From Octopus sinensis (lineage: Eukaryota): 64,000 nucleotides of DNA. Below are positions 62,270 through 64,000 of the stretch, piece by piece (position 1 is the first letter of the stretch; every line of letters starts with the position of its first letter). The notes below the pieces were generated by a model that was given only the letters and a program-made list of their open reading frames with translations, ran no database searches and had not been told where the DNA came from. The DNA lies in the NCBI RefSeq assembly GCF_006345805.1, contig NC_043006.1:88908001-88972000 (forward strand). The letters are read 5' to 3'. The position numbers and the translations under genes were made by a program.

Positions 62270-62590
62270 AGGCGCAGGCGTAACTCTGTGGTAAGATGCT
62301 TGCTTCCCGACCACATGGTCCCGGGTTCAGTCTTACTACGTGGCACCTTGGGCAAATGTCTTTTACTATAACCTCGGGCCGACCAAATCCTCCTCACTGC
62401 CTCTTAGCAATTGGTGTTGGTGTGTTTGCAGCCTTGTAACTTTCCGGTTCGACAAAAGCGACTGATAAAATAAGTGCAAAGCTTCCAAAAAGATAAGTTT
62501 GGGGTCGATTTGTTCGACTAAAAAACCCTTGAAGGCAGTGCCTCAGCATGACCACAGTCAGATGACTGAGACAAGTAAAAGAAGATAAAA
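62270..62590 (+). mobile_element. SINE family 1
   Basis: GGCGCAGGCGTAACTCTGTGG head, CCGGGTTCAGTC, and CAGTCAGATGACTGAGACAAGTAAAAG tail. Confidence 0.85.
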
Positions 62591-62899
62591 GACATTCCTG
62601 AAAAATATCGACGGGGTAGCCATGATTAAATTCCTTTTACTTCTAGATCTGCTCGATCAAGGCTAAGTTAGAAGCCAAACAACAAATTCCATTTGAATGT
62701 GTACTCCTACGGTGACTTGTATCTCTTTAGATATTTTCCATTACTTCGCTACTTCGCTTATTGTCATGTTTAGTTTATGCCGAGTAAGAAACCACAAGTG
62801 ATTTAAGTCCTTCATCAAGTGCTTTCATCCCCCGGTTCTTTCTTCTCCTATTTATTACAAGCATTATTATCAACATTATTATTAATATTGATTTCAAAT

Positions 62900-63075
62900 T
62901 TTGCCACAAGGCCAGTAATTCGGACCCAGTGCTCAGCTGGTGCTTATTTCATCGACCTCGAAAGAATGAAAGCAAAGTGGGCCGCTGCGGAATTTGAACC
63001 CTGAACGTAACGACGGACGAAATGCCGCTAAGCATTTTGCCCAGCGTGCTAAAGATTCTGCCTGCTCGACGCCTT
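62900..63075 (-). mobile_element. SINE family 2
   Basis: Homologous to 62040-62235. Confidence 0.75.
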
Positions 63076-63208
63076 CATTTATTGTTAATACTGGTATTGT
63101 AGTCTTCTGTTTCCTTTTACGTGTTTCAGCCATTGGACTGGAATTTCGTCAATAGCATTCATCCTAGTAATTAAACTAGTACTCCGCCTCTCTCTCTCTA
63201 CCCTTCTC

Positions 63209-63250
<42 letters not shown>

Positions 63251-63343
63251 CTCTCTCTCTCTCACTTTTCCTTCCCCTCTATCCTCTCTCTCTCTCTCAC
63301 TTTTCCTTTCCCCTCTATCCCCTCTCTCTCTCTATATATATAT

Positions 63344-63399
<56 letters not shown>

Positions 63400-63641
63400 C
63401 ATATTATATTATATTATTATTCAATTTTTGCAATTCTTAATCTTTGACAGCTTATTGTTATTTTAATGTTAATATTTCTAGGATATGTAATTTCTAGATG
63501 GTGTAATTTAATTGTTCATTTTGAATTGATAAAAGGTGTTTTTTTTCTATTTGTATATATTGTGTGAAATTTGATTTAGTATTTCTAAATTGAATTTTTT
63601 TCTTTGTAAGTTTTGGATTTTATCCCTGAAATATTAATAAT

Positions 63642-63715
<74 letters not shown>

Positions 63716-63718
63716 TTG

Positions 63719-63752
<34 letters not shown>

Positions 63753-63839
63753 GTATATATATGTGAGTGTGTGGTGTATATATATGTGTGTGTGTGTGTT
63801 GTATATATATATATATAGTGTATATATATATATATATAT

Positions 63840-63870
<31 letters not shown>

Positions 63871-63875
<5 letters not shown>

Positions 63876-64000
63876 TTGTTATCGCCATATTAATATGGCA
63901 TTCTTATAGATATAAGAATAATCGCTGCCGCTGGTCAGCTCCATGAGGCCACCGCCATCAAGATAGCTATTGATACACGATCTGTATCCATTATAACCTT
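63871..64000 (-). mobile_element. Second copy of hammerhead-repeat family B, running off the window end
   Basis: Reverse complement of 43631-43760 with one mismatch in 130 nt; abuts (TA)n. Confidence 0.9.

Overview
AT-rich eukaryotic DNA dense in microsatellites and transposable elements, with no complete host gene. The SINE families and simple-repeat style suggest an octopus or other cephalopod genome (my inference). It contains three Tx1-clade non-LTR elements, two diverged CR1-group LINEs, two Penelope-like (PLE) relics, restriction-like-endonuclease (RLE) LINE and mariner fragments, a Helitron, many tRNA-derived SINEs and a 546-bp satellite that inverts on itself. The main result is two families of ~355-363-nt, highly self-complementary non-coding repeats, each carrying one type I hammerhead ribozyme with a short palindromic stem III (retrozyme-like). 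Family A lies at 8743, 19435-19934 and 27049-27281; family B lies at 43415-43822 and 63871-64000. A full-length Tx1 LINE and an intact ORF1-only partner have inserted in tandem at the same 15-nt site (TCCAATCGAAAACCG) immediately 5' of the family A hammerhead. All folds and alignments were made by eye; no database searches were run.
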